Shown here piece by piece: positions 39,163 through 48,228 of a stretch of 54,234 nt of DNA. Position numbers and translations under genes: made by a program. The notes below the pieces were generated by a model. The model did not search any database and was not told where the DNA came from. It was given only the letters and a program-made list of their open reading frames with translations. Source of the stretch: an uncultured Bdellovibrionales bacterium (lineage in GTDB: Bacteria > Bdellovibrionota_C > UBA2361 > SZUA-149); the NCBI GenBank assembly GCA_965366815.1, contig CBDUGV010000005.1, positions 1-54,234 on the forward strand, in the 5' to 3' direction. The number at the start of each line of letters is the position of its first letter. Positions within the stretch are counted from its first letter, which is position 1.

Positions 39163-39900
39163 CTACTCGCATGCTAGCTGTTGCAATAAAAAAAGCTGGG
39201 CGAGCAAAGAACAAACTGCTGTCTCAACCCGCAATACTCGTTTACCCATTTGAAACGGCGAAAACCCCTGCTCGACGAACCAGCGCTCTTCGCGCTCAGA
39301 CCAACCTCCCTCTGGACCAACGCCCAAGACTACTCGAGAGGTCTCGAGGAGAGAACGCTGCAATCCCAGCTGTGGGAGCGAGCTTTCAGCAGAGGGGGTC
39401 GCCAAGAGTTTAAAATCCATTTCCGGCGGCAGCTGCAAATCCGAAAACGCACGACAAACGACTACTTCCGGAAGGGCGGTGCCCATTCCCTGCTCGAGTC
39501 CAAGAAGTAAATGAGCTCGCAATCGCTCTGGCTGCAGTACTTTAGAACTAAAATAACTCTTCTGCGCCCTGTGAGCCGCCGTTAAGATAAGCCGACGCAC
39601 GCCGTAGGTAGCCGCAGTTTCAAGCACCTTCTTTAGGGTTTGCGGACGGGGCAAGCCAAGAACGATACTTATGTCCATTGTCGCGTCGCAGGGCGCGAGT
39701 GGCCCCACCTCGAGCACGACTTCGCTCTTATCGACCGCAAGTACAGTCGCCTGCCCGGCTGGACCATCAATTTGCCCGACCCGTAGAAGAAAACCCGGCT
39801 CCACTCCCTGTATCTCGCGCAAGTACTCGCCTCGCTTGGCAGGCAAGCGCAGTATGCGATCAGCACCAAGTTCATGCGCTTCGAATAACACCAGGTTCAT
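39163..39900 (-). CDS. rsmE: 16S rRNA m3U1498 methyltransferase
   Basis: LPRPQ, EQ, VGPEGGW and RVLRVETA SPOUT motifs. Confidence 0.9.
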   Translation of the reverse strand: MNLVLFEAHELGADRILRLPAKRGEYLREIQGVEPGFLLRVGQIDGPAGQATVLAVDKSEVVLEVGPLAPCDATMDISIVLGLPRPQTLKKVLETAATYGVRRLILTAAHRAQKSYFSSKVLQPERLRAHLLLGLEQGMGTALPEVVVCRAFSDLQLPPEMDFKLLATPSAESSLPQLGLQRSLLETSRVVLGVGPEGGWSEREERWFVEQGFSPFQMGKRVLRVETAVCSLLAQLFLLQQLACE

Positions 39901-40056
39901 TTACCCACTAAGCCCCTCGACAAAGTCCGTACGTTCATGCTTAAACCGGTAGTCAATATATTGAGCGAAAATATCAATTTTGCTTCGCTACTGATATATT
40001 ATTTAGAGCAAAAAACATATCAGAATCAGCGGAAAACCACGAATTAAGTTCACCTC

Positions 40057-41406
40057 ATGTCTGAAAACACTACTCAAGAGCAAGCCAATATTGAATCCCT
40101 GGAAACCATTGTGTCACTCGCAAAGCGACGAGGATTCGTTTTCCCGTCCAGTGAAATATACGGTGGCATAGGATCCTGCTACGACTATGGTCCACTCGGA
40201 GTTGAGCTCAAGCGGAATGTAAAAGACGCGTGGTGGCGGTCAATGGTTCAATTGCGTGACAATATTGTCGGCATTGACGCGAGCATCATCATGCATCCGC
40301 GAGTTTGGGAAGCCTCAGGCCACGTCGCTGGCTTTACTGACCCGATGGTTGAGTGTGGCCGCTGCGGCACGCGAGTGCGCGCCGATCATCTGGAAGATGA
40401 GAACTGGCCGATCTGCGCCAAGGGAAAAAAGAAAGAAAAATGTGACTTTGGCGAGCCACGGGCCTTTAATTTAATGTTTCAGACCCACCTCGGGCCCGTA
40501 CAAGATTCAGCCCATGTGGTTTATCTTCGCCCGGAGACGGCCCAGGGCATATTCGTCAATTTCCTCAACGTCATAGACTCGACTCGGGTCAAATTGCCCT
40601 TTGGCATCGCCCAGCAGGGGAAATCGTTTCGAAACGAGATAACGACAAGACATTTCACCTTCCGCACCTGTGAGTTCGAGCAGATGGAGATGGAATTCTT
40701 CTGCAAACCTGAAGAGGTGAAGGAGTATTACGAGTATTGGAGAAAGACTCGGATTGATTGGTTTATCGATCTTGGAGTCTCTGAGCAACGATTGCGTTTG
40801 CGAGATCACGCCGATGACGAGTTGGCCCACTATTCAGTGGCTTGTGCAGATGTCGAATACTTATTCCCGTTCGGTTGGTCCGAGTTGGAAGGCATCGCCT
40901 GCCGTGGCGACTACGATCTCGGCAAGCATAGTGAACACAGCGGAAAGCAACTGCTCTGGAGAGACCAGCAATCCGGTGCAACCCTGACACCACATGTGAT
41001 CGAACCTGCATTAGGAACTGACCGCGCATTGCTGACCTTCCTCATCGACGCGTACTGCGAAGAGGAAATCGACGGCAACACGCGAGTGGTGATGAAGTTT
41101 CATCCTCGCCTTGCGCCGACGAAAGTTGCAGTATTTCCGCTTCTGAGAAAAGACGGCCACCCGGAGAAAGCAACCGAGGTCTACAATATATTGCGCGAGC
41201 GATACGCCGCGATCTACGACGACGGTGGAAACATTGGCCGCCGCTATCGTCGACAAGACGAGGCGGGAACACCTGTGTGTCTCACCGTTGACCATCAAAC
41301 GATGGAGGATGACTCGGTAACCCTCCGCGATCGAGACAGTTTAGAGCAACGCCGCGTCAAGATATCCGACTTGATCCAACAGCTGCACAATCAACTCGGA
41401 TTCTAG
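40057..41406 (+). CDS. glyQS: Glycine--tRNA ligase, alpha2 (GlyRS-1) type
   Basis: KRRGF, YDYGPLG, YLRPETAQG, FRNEI, EFEQME, ELEGIA, VIEP and IGRRYRRQDEAGTP motifs. Confidence 0.96.
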   Translation: MSENTTQEQANIESLETIVSLAKRRGFVFPSSEIYGGIGSCYDYGPLGVELKRNVKDAWWRSMVQLRDNIVGIDASIIMHPRVWEASGHVAGFTDPMVECGRCGTRVRADHLEDENWPICAKGKKKEKCDFGEPRAFNLMFQTHLGPVQDSAHVVYLRPETAQGIFVNFLNVIDSTRVKLPFGIAQQGKSFRNEITTRHFTFRTCEFEQMEMEFFCKPEEVKEYYEYWRKTRIDWFIDLGVSEQRLRLRDHADDELAHYSVACADVEYLFPFGWSELEGIACRGDYDLGKHSEHSGKQLLWRDQQSGATLTPHVIEPALGTDRALLTFLIDAYCEEEIDGNTRVVMKFHPRLAPTKVAVFPLLRKDGHPEKATEVYNILRERYAAIYDDGGNIGRRYRRQDEAGTPVCLTVDHQTMEDDSVTLRDRDSLEQRRVKISDLIQQLHNQLGF

Positions 41407-41897
41407 CCCCGAAAGATGTGCAAGCGTTCTCATCGCATGTCCAAAGGCTTGCCACAGCCCCCCTCAGCGGACTCTGCGCTCCTCTGAGAAGCCTCTGCGC
41501 TATAAAAAATAGACACTCGGACTACCGACAACACTCAGTCTCCCCCTAAGAACGATACCAGTGCCCTAACCTGCTACATACGTAGAACTGACGATTTTTC
41601 TAGTTAACTAGCAGCCTGCACGGCGGGAAATCGACTCGACTTTTGCTATCACGTCTCCGTCATCCGATTCGTTCAGATACCACTAACTAGCCGGGTATAA
41701 ACGTCTTTTTCACGGCGCGGCAAATTTTGCCCTTGACTAAGGGTTGTGCCGTATTTCGCCACAAATCACCGATAAAGTTTTCAATACCTTATTCCGATAC
41801 CAGAGACTGTGCCGTTGCTTGTCAGCAGGGCGCAAAAATTGTCGCTTTGTAGTGGGCAGGTGAAAGAGCAGAGCGACCTCAACAGCGAGAGCAAAGC

Positions 41898-43589
41898 ATG
41901 TCTTCAAGAATCGGTGATCTGCTCCTTCAGCAGGGCATAATAGATGAAACGCAACTAGCGCAAGCCGTTGAGCAAGCTGCTGGTGCCGGCGAATTAATCA
42001 ACTCGTCCCTCACGAAACTTGGTTTCATCGAGGAAAGCGAGCTCACCAGTCTTATCAGCAAGCAATACGGGCTGCCGATCGTAAATCTCGAAGAGCATGA
42101 CGTTGATATCGATGTCATCACACTCATTCCACAGCACTTGGCGGTAAAACATCATATTCTCCCGCTGGAGCTCATTAATTCCACACTCACCGTGGCAATG
42201 GTTGATCCATCGAACATTATCGCGCTCAACGATGTAAAGTTCATAACCGGCTACGATGTCAGAGTCGTACTCGCCACTACGACCGATCTCAAGACCAAGC
42301 TCGAGAAAACCTTCGAAGAAGATGTCTCCTATGAGGGTATCTTTGAGGATTTCGATGATGACGTCGAAGTTGTCGAAGGTGGCGATGACATTGACCTTGG
42401 CGCGCTTGAGAAACAAACCGAAGACGCGCCGGTTGTTAAGCTGGTCAACGCGATCTTGACTGATGCGATTAAGAAAGGGGCTTCAGATATTCACCTTGAG
42501 CCTTATGAAAAAACATTTCGAGTCCGATTCCGGATTGATGGTGTGCTCTACGAAATCATGAAGCCACCACTGAAGCTGAAGAACGCTCTCACGTCGCGAA
42601 TCAAAATTATGGCCGAACTCGACATTGCTGAGCGACGGCTTCCGCAGGATGGTCGAATCAAGCTAAAACTCGGTAACCGACGCGAAATGGACTTTCGAGT
42701 CAGCGTACTACCGGGTCTGTTCGGTGAGAAAGTGGTCCTGCGACTCCTTGATAAGTCAAATCTCCAGACGGATATGACGAAGCTGGGTTTCTCGGAGCAA
42801 CAGCTCACTCATTTCAATGAAGCGATACAAAAACCCTATGGGATGGTACTTGTTACTGGACCAACTGGTTCTGGTAAGACCACCACACTGTATTCTGCGC
42901 TCGCAGAACTCAACAAATCAACGGTTAACATTTCGACTGCCGAGGATCCGGTGGAATTTAACCTCTTTGGTATCAACCAAACTCAAATGCACGAGGATAT
43001 CGGTCTTAACTTTGCCGCTGCACTTCGTAGTTTTCTCCGTCAGGATCCCGACATCATCATGGTCGGTGAGATTCGTGACTACGAAACCGCTGAGATTGCA
43101 ATTAAAGCATCTCTTACCGGTCACTTGGTGTTATCCACCCTTCACACCAACGACGCTCCTTCGACTATCAACCGACTTCTCAATATGGGGGTTGAGCCTT
43201 TCCTTGTCGCATCTTCGGTAAACATTGTGGTTGCCCAACGACTTGCACGACGAATTTGTGAGGATTGCAGAGAGAAACTCGACCTCAGTCCGGATGCGCT
43301 GATCGATGTTGGCGTACCGGCTGCTGAAGCGAAACACCTCGAAATATTTCATGGCACAGGTTGCAACAAATGCTCGAACACTGGCTACAAGGGGCGAGTC
43401 GCACTCTACGAATGTATGCCTATGTCCGAGGGGCTCAAGGAGCTCGTTCTCAATGGAGCATCTTCAGCAGAGATCAAACGAGAAGCAATCAAAGAAGGGA
43501 TGTACTCGCTGCGTATGTCCGGAATTGAAGCACTTCGAGTAGGGACGACCACGGTCGAGGAAGTACTCAGAACAACAGCGAATGACTAA
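41898..43589 (+). CDS. pilB: Type IV-A pilus assembly ATPase
   Basis: ASDIHLEP, RLPQDGR, GPTGSGKTT, LRQDPDIIMVGEIRD, STLHTN and tetracysteine motif. Confidence 0.97.
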   Translation: MSSRIGDLLLQQGIIDETQLAQAVEQAAGAGELINSSLTKLGFIEESELTSLISKQYGLPIVNLEEHDVDIDVITLIPQHLAVKHHILPLELINSTLTVAMVDPSNIIALNDVKFITGYDVRVVLATTTDLKTKLEKTFEEDVSYEGIFEDFDDDVEVVEGGDDIDLGALEKQTEDAPVVKLVNAILTDAIKKGASDIHLEPYEKTFRVRFRIDGVLYEIMKPPLKLKNALTSRIKIMAELDIAERRLPQDGRIKLKLGNRREMDFRVSVLPGLFGEKVVLRLLDKSNLQTDMTKLGFSEQQLTHFNEAIQKPYGMVLVTGPTGSGKTTTLYSALAELNKSTVNISTAEDPVEFNLFGINQTQMHEDIGLNFAAALRSFLRQDPDIIMVGEIRDYETAEIAIKASLTGHLVLSTLHTNDAPSTINRLLNMGVEPFLVASSVNIVVAQRLARRICEDCREKLDLSPDALIDVGVPAAEAKHLEIFHGTGCNKCSNTGYKGRVALYECMPMSEGLKELVLNGASSAEIKREAIKEGMYSLRMSGIEALRVGTTTVEEVLRTTAND

Positions 43590-43626
43590 CAACTAAATAT
43601 ACGCGAACCGACGAGAGGAACAAGCG

Positions 43627-44844
43627 ATGCCTGTCTTTGTATGGGAAGGTAAGACAAGTGACGGTAAGAAAGTCAAAGGCGAGATGGAGGCAGTCAGCCA
43701 ACAGCATGTCTTTAACGCACTCCGTGGCAAAAAAATCACACCGGCAATCAAGAAGATTCGGCCGAAGGGTGCAGGTCTTGATCGCGAGATAAACATCCCG
43801 GGCTTTGGTCCCAAGGCAAAGATGCGGGATGTCGTGATCTTCACTCGCCAGTTTGCGACGATGATCGACGCCGGTCTTCCGTTGGTTCAAGGGATTACAG
43901 TACTCGGGCAACAGCATGAGAATCCTGCTATGCGCAAGTGCCTGATGGATGTCAAGGAACGAGTAGAATCTGGCGGAACGCTCGCCGAAGCCTTGTCGCA
44001 TCACCCGAAAATCTTCGACGACCTCTTTGTCAACATGGTCGCAGCCGGGGAGACTGGTGGTATTCTAGATATCATCCTGGAGAGGCTCGCTATCTATTTG
44101 GAGAAAATGGATCAGCTGAAGCGCCAGGTAAAAACGGCAATGATCTATCCAGGTGTTGTTGTTTCGGCTGCCGCTATCGTAACCTCAATTCTCTTAATTT
44201 TCGTTATTCCCACATTTGCAGATATGTTCTCGGATTTTGGTGCCGCACTCCCCGCACCTACGAGAATGGTAATGTCGATGTCGGACTTCTTTGTAAAATA
44301 CTATCTCGCGATATTCCTGAGCTTTGGAATATTTATCTGGTTGTATAAACGCTTTTCCAACACCGACCGCGGGAAAGAAGTACTACACCCTCTGTTTCTC
44401 AAATTGCCGGTCTTCGGAGAAATCATCCGCAAAGTTGCGGTTGCACGGTTTACCCGAACGCTTGGAACCATGCTGAGTTCAGGTGTCCCGATCCTTGAAG
44501 CGCTGCGAATCTGCGCACGCACGGCTGGAAACAAGGTTGTGGAGAAAGAAGTCACAAACGTCCAGAACGGTATTTCTGAAGGAAAGGCAATCGCTGAACC
44601 GCTAAAAGACTCAACGATTTTTCCACCGATGGTAGTGCAAATGATCGCAGTCGGTGAATCAACAGGTGCACTTGATGCGATGTTGAGCAAAGTCGCAGAC
44701 TTTTACGAGAGTGAAGTAGAGAACGCGGTAAATGCGATGAAGCAGCTGATCGAACCGATCATGATTCTCGTGCTTGGAACCCTCATTGGTGGTCTCGTAG
44801 TCGCTATGTATCTGCCGATCTTTAAGCTCGGTTCTGTCATCTAG
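43627..44844 (+). CDS. pilC: Type IV pilus inner-membrane platform protein
   Basis: FTRQFATMIDAGLPL, GETGG, AMIYP, GESTGAL, IEP and MYLPIF motifs. Confidence 0.96.
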   Translation: MPVFVWEGKTSDGKKVKGEMEAVSQQHVFNALRGKKITPAIKKIRPKGAGLDREINIPGFGPKAKMRDVVIFTRQFATMIDAGLPLVQGITVLGQQHENPAMRKCLMDVKERVESGGTLAEALSHHPKIFDDLFVNMVAAGETGGILDIILERLAIYLEKMDQLKRQVKTAMIYPGVVVSAAAIVTSILLIFVIPTFADMFSDFGAALPAPTRMVMSMSDFFVKYYLAIFLSFGIFIWLYKRFSNTDRGKEVLHPLFLKLPVFGEIIRKVAVARFTRTLGTMLSSGVPILEALRICARTAGNKVVEKEVTNVQNGISEGKAIAEPLKDSTIFPPMVVQMIAVGESTGALDAMLSKVADFYESEVENAVNAMKQLIEPIMILVLGTLIGGLVVAMYLPIFKLGSVI

Positions 44845-44882
44845 CCTTCTACTTCTCAAGAAACGCGAACACAGTTAGAGCT

Positions 44883-46991
44883 ATGGGCGAACAAGAAACA
44901 TCGAAAGTCGACGGTAAGTCAAAGCAGCGCCTCGAAACACTTCGAGACAGCCTTTCGCTTCGTTCAGTTCAAGAGTTCTTCATCACGCCGAGCCAGGTTC
45001 TGCCACCGGACACGCTCCGTTCAATGCTCGAGCAACTTATTCTGATTCGTGTGGTTGTCCTCTCGCTTATTATGAGTGCGAGTGCCTGGGAAGGCCTCAC
45101 TTCGCTGTCTTCCTTGGTTGAAAAAAAGATCGTCTTCGTCACCATCGCTTTGACGTATGCAATTTCACTGGCAAATGCGATTCTCCTGCGAAATAGCAAG
45201 ACACTTCGCGGCTTTGCCTACGGGCAACTGACCATTGATGTACTGCTCTCGAGCCTGGCGATTTATGCGACCAGTTCACCGGTAATGATATCGTTCTATC
45301 TCTTTGTCATTGTCGCTGCTGCTTTCCTGCTCGGCAGAACAGGTGCCGTACTGGTCGCTGCGCTCAGTGGTATAAGTTACGCTGCTATAACCTTGTTAGG
45401 CGACGTGCTGAGATCCTCCCCCTTAGATATCCTCGGGGTCTATACCTCCTTAGTAGTCATTGCATTGGTAAGCTCCTACATTGCAAAACGATTGGAACTC
45501 GCCGGAGCAACAATTGCCTCTCAGGAGAAAGATCTCTCTGATTATAGTGCCCGGCAACGCCAACTCTTTGATGGCTTATCAGAAGGGGTGATCACTCTTG
45601 ATTTGAACGCCACAATCACGAGTATTAACGAGGCCGCGAAAGCAATCATTGGCCTCTCGGAATTAGGAGCTGAGCATTTCGTCGGCAAGCCGCTTCAACA
45701 AGTATTTGTAGACGATGCTTCAAAAGACATCTCCCGAGCGGTCAGTTCCTCGCAGCCCGGAAAAGACATCACTTCCGAAATCGCATTAACGAGACCAGGG
45801 GATACCTCAGAGGTATTTCTTTCCTATAGCGTCACAACCCTCAGCGACAGCAGCGGCGGGCAGAGTGGCAAAGTACTTCGCTTCTCAGATGTCAGCCGCC
45901 TCCATAGCATTCAAGAGCAACTCGATCTTCATGAGCGGATGACAGCCCTTCTTGCTGAAACTCAAGCACACAAGGCAAGCGGTACGTTTAATCGGCCACA
46001 TGGCATTCGAATGATTGGCACAAGCCCCGCGATGGAGCGAGTCTATCAACTCGTAGAGCGAGTTGCTGCAAGTGATGCTTCCTTGCTCATAAGCGGTGAA
46101 AGCGGCACAGGTAAAGAACTCATTGCTCGAAGTGTCCACGAGCAAGGACCTCGAGCTCATAAGCGATTTGTTGCAATTAACTGCGGTGCGATTCCCGAGA
46201 ACCTCATTGAAAGCGAGCTATTCGGTCACAAGAAAGGGGCATTTACGGGGGCAGTTGTCGATAAACTCGGTTTGTTTCAAGAAGCTGAGGGCGGAACCGT
46301 ATTCCTCGATGAAATCGGCGAACTCCCCCTTCACCTTCAAACAAAACTGCTGAGAGTGCTACAAGAGCGAACGATTCGAGCTGTTGGCGGAACGAGAGAC
46401 ATCCCGGTAGACGTTCGAATTTTAGCCGCAACCAATCGCGATTTACGTGAAGAAATCAGCGAGAATAGGTTTCGTGAAGATCTCTACTATCGACTCAATG
46501 TAGTAAACATTGTTGTTCCGCCGCTTCGCGACAGAAGAGAAGACATACCCTTGCTGGTTCAACATTTCATGCAAGCCGCAGCTCAAGGGGATGAGCAAAT
46601 CGCCCAAATATCTCCCGAGGCTCTACAGATTCTCAACAACTACGATTTCCCTGGCAACATACGTGAGCTTGAGAACTTAATCGAACGAGCACTCGTACTC
46701 GGAGGCCAAGCGATCCTCCCGAGCCATATCCCCGAAGAAGTTCGCAATTTCGGAGCACAGGATCACAGCTCAAACGGTTTTTCTGGAAACCAGCAAGGTA
46801 ATCGCGAAACTGAAATTCGAATTCTTCCAATAGATCTAGAAGGCGAACTCGCCCGACTGGAGAAAGACTACCTCAACCGTGCCCTGGCGGAATCTGGCGG
46901 TGTGAAGAAGCAAGCAGCAGAGCTACTCGGCCTTAACTTTCGTTCTTTTCGCTATCGGCTCAAAAAATACGGCCTTCAAGAGCAAGACTAG
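44883..46991 (+). CDS. PilS-PilR chimera: PilS-like TM domain + PAS + sigma54 AAA+ activator + Fis-type HTH
   Basis: Multiple TMs, PAS (LSEGVITLDLNATITSINEAA), then GESGTGKE, ESELFGH, GAFTGA, FLDEIGE, FREDLYYRL, FPGNIREL and a PilR-type tail AAELLGLNFRSFRYRLKKY. No H-box, HATPase or receiver. Confidence 0.9.
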   Translation: MGEQETSKVDGKSKQRLETLRDSLSLRSVQEFFITPSQVLPPDTLRSMLEQLILIRVVVLSLIMSASAWEGLTSLSSLVEKKIVFVTIALTYAISLANAILLRNSKTLRGFAYGQLTIDVLLSSLAIYATSSPVMISFYLFVIVAAAFLLGRTGAVLVAALSGISYAAITLLGDVLRSSPLDILGVYTSLVVIALVSSYIAKRLELAGATIASQEKDLSDYSARQRQLFDGLSEGVITLDLNATITSINEAAKAIIGLSELGAEHFVGKPLQQVFVDDASKDISRAVSSSQPGKDITSEIALTRPGDTSEVFLSYSVTTLSDSSGGQSGKVLRFSDVSRLHSIQEQLDLHERMTALLAETQAHKASGTFNRPHGIRMIGTSPAMERVYQLVERVAASDASLLISGESGTGKELIARSVHEQGPRAHKRFVAINCGAIPENLIESELFGHKKGAFTGAVVDKLGLFQEAEGGTVFLDEIGELPLHLQTKLLRVLQERTIRAVGGTRDIPVDVRILAATNRDLREEISENRFREDLYYRLNVVNIVVPPLRDRREDIPLLVQHFMQAAAQGDEQIAQISPEALQILNNYDFPGNIRELENLIERALVLGGQAILPSHIPEEVRNFGAQDHSSNGFSGNQQGNRETEIRILPIDLEGELARLEKDYLNRALAESGGVKKQAAELLGLNFRSFRYRLKKYGLQEQD

Positions 46992-47305
46992 TTCAGCCGA
47001 TCCTCTCTATCGCGACCTCAATGATGCGATCCGATCGCAGCTAAAACGCACTACACCTTTGCACTACTAGCCCCTCGCGGCCGACAACCCTACATGAACA
47101 TCGATAGGCTCAGACTCTAACCCCTCAACAGCACTGAGTATTTCACTTCTCTATAAATCTAAGGAAAATAGGTGCAATTTATGCAGACTTTTTTGAACCA
47201 GGCACATCTTAAGCCTAACTCACTTTGTCTATAGGAATATCGCGAAATCGGTCTTCATTAAGGGGAAGTTGAGTCCGGGCTAAGAGGTCATTCTGTGTTG
47301 GAAGT

Positions 47306-47348
47306 GACAATTATTGTCGTTGGCTCTGCCAAAGAACAATTTTTGTCG
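47306..47348. promoter_or_regulatory. Two candidate enhancer (UAS) boxes for the pilA activator
   Basis: GACAATTATTGTCG (47306-47319, palindromic core) and AACAATTTTTGTCG (47335-47348), about 140-180 bp upstream of the -24 element. Confidence 0.55.
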
Positions 47349-47486
47349 CCAACTGTGTATCAGGGTTATCGCTTAGATCTGTGGTGGGGAAAAGGTGGTG
47401 GATAACACTGGACGCTAAGGTCCTGAGAATCAAAGGAATATTAGCCAAGAAATTTGTAAGGGGAATCCCTTACTTTTTCTAAGACT

Positions 47487-47502
47487 TGGCACTCCTTTTG
47501 CT
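47487..47502 (+). promoter_or_regulatory. Sigma54 (RpoN) -24/-12 promoter of pilA
   Basis: TGGCAC-TCCTT-TTGCT matches TGGCAC-N5-TTGC(W); GG at 47488-89 and GC at 47500-01. Confidence 0.88.
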
Positions 47503-47669
47503 TCTTAGAAGGCGTCCTCGTCGGTTCGCCTGCTGCAAGCAGAGGGCTATCCGGAAGCGCTTTGCGCAGATGGGCACAACTGGAGGGCTCAAAGGAGATG
47601 TGAAAACAAAGCCTTTGAGAGTTAGGTAACTTTAATAATGCAAATAATATATTTACGAGGAAACATAGA

Positions 47670-48083
47670 ATGAGAAGCGAAAAAGGTTTTACTCTCATTG
47701 AATTACTAGTTGTTGTAGCCATTATTGGTATTTTGGCTGCAATTGCGATTCCTCAGTTTGCTGAGTACAAAACTCGGGCGTTTAACTCCCGTGCTCAGTC
47801 TGACTTGAGAAACGCGTTAACGGCAGAAGAAGCGTATTTCGTAGATAACGAAGAGTATGCTGCTTGTGCAGATGCTGCATGTTCAACCACTCTTCCTGGT
47901 TTCGTACTCAGTGAAGACGTATCTATCTCGATGATTGTCGGTGGTAGTGCAAACGACGAGTTTGCTGGACAGAGCTGTCACGCTCGTGGAGACCGCGACT
48001 ATGACTGGCGTTCATCTGGTGCAAACGCAAACATCATGCAGAATACCGCTGTAACAAGCTGTGCTGCAGCAGGAACCTTCTAA
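47670..48083 (+). CDS. pilA: Type IV-A major pilin
   Basis: Prepilin site KG|FTLIELLVVVAIIGILAAIAIPQF; GAGGA RBS; 131-aa mature protein with 4 Cys; has its own promoter and terminator. Confidence 0.93.
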   Translation: MRSEKGFTLIELLVVVAIIGILAAIAIPQFAEYKTRAFNSRAQSDLRNALTAEEAYFVDNEEYAACADAACSTTLPGFVLSEDVSISMIVGGSANDEFAGQSCHARGDRDYDWRSSGANANIMQNTAVTSCAAAGTF

Positions 48084-48099
48084 TTTGAAGTCTCCTAGA

Positions 48100-48161
48100 A
48101 CGGTAGCGGCCCCAACGGCCGCTACCGTGTTAAAAAGGAAGCCCATGGGCTTCCTTTTTTT
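48100..48161 (+). terminator. Tandem hairpins after pilA: 12-bp stem-loop plus intrinsic terminator
   Basis: ACGGTAGCGGCC-CCAAC-GGCCGCTACCGT (48100-48128) and the self-complementary AAAAAGGAAGCCCATGGGCTTCCTTTTT ending in a T run (48132-48161). Confidence 0.85.
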
Positions 48162-48228
48162 ATGGGAAATCAGCGAAATATAGCGATTTCCTTGAAACAA
48201 CCCCCAGAGCCTTTCCATCTAAATTCAT

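Noticed and set aside
39953-39964. Palindrome TCAATATATTGA between rsmE and glyQS
   Set aside because: Short, AT-rich and single-copy; plausible by chance in an AT-rich intergenic region.
40057-41406. Eukaryote/archaea-type GlyRS as evidence of horizontal transfer
   Set aside because: The alpha2 type is widespread among bacteria, so it is not unusual in itself.
47199-47214. Second sigma54 promoter AGGCACATCTTAAGC upstream of pilA
   Set aside because: Poor match at both elements compared with the consensus site at 47487.
47512-47669. c-di-GMP-I/GEMM riboswitch in the pilA leader
   Set aside because: The GGCAAA..GAAA..GACGCAAAGC pattern is not present.
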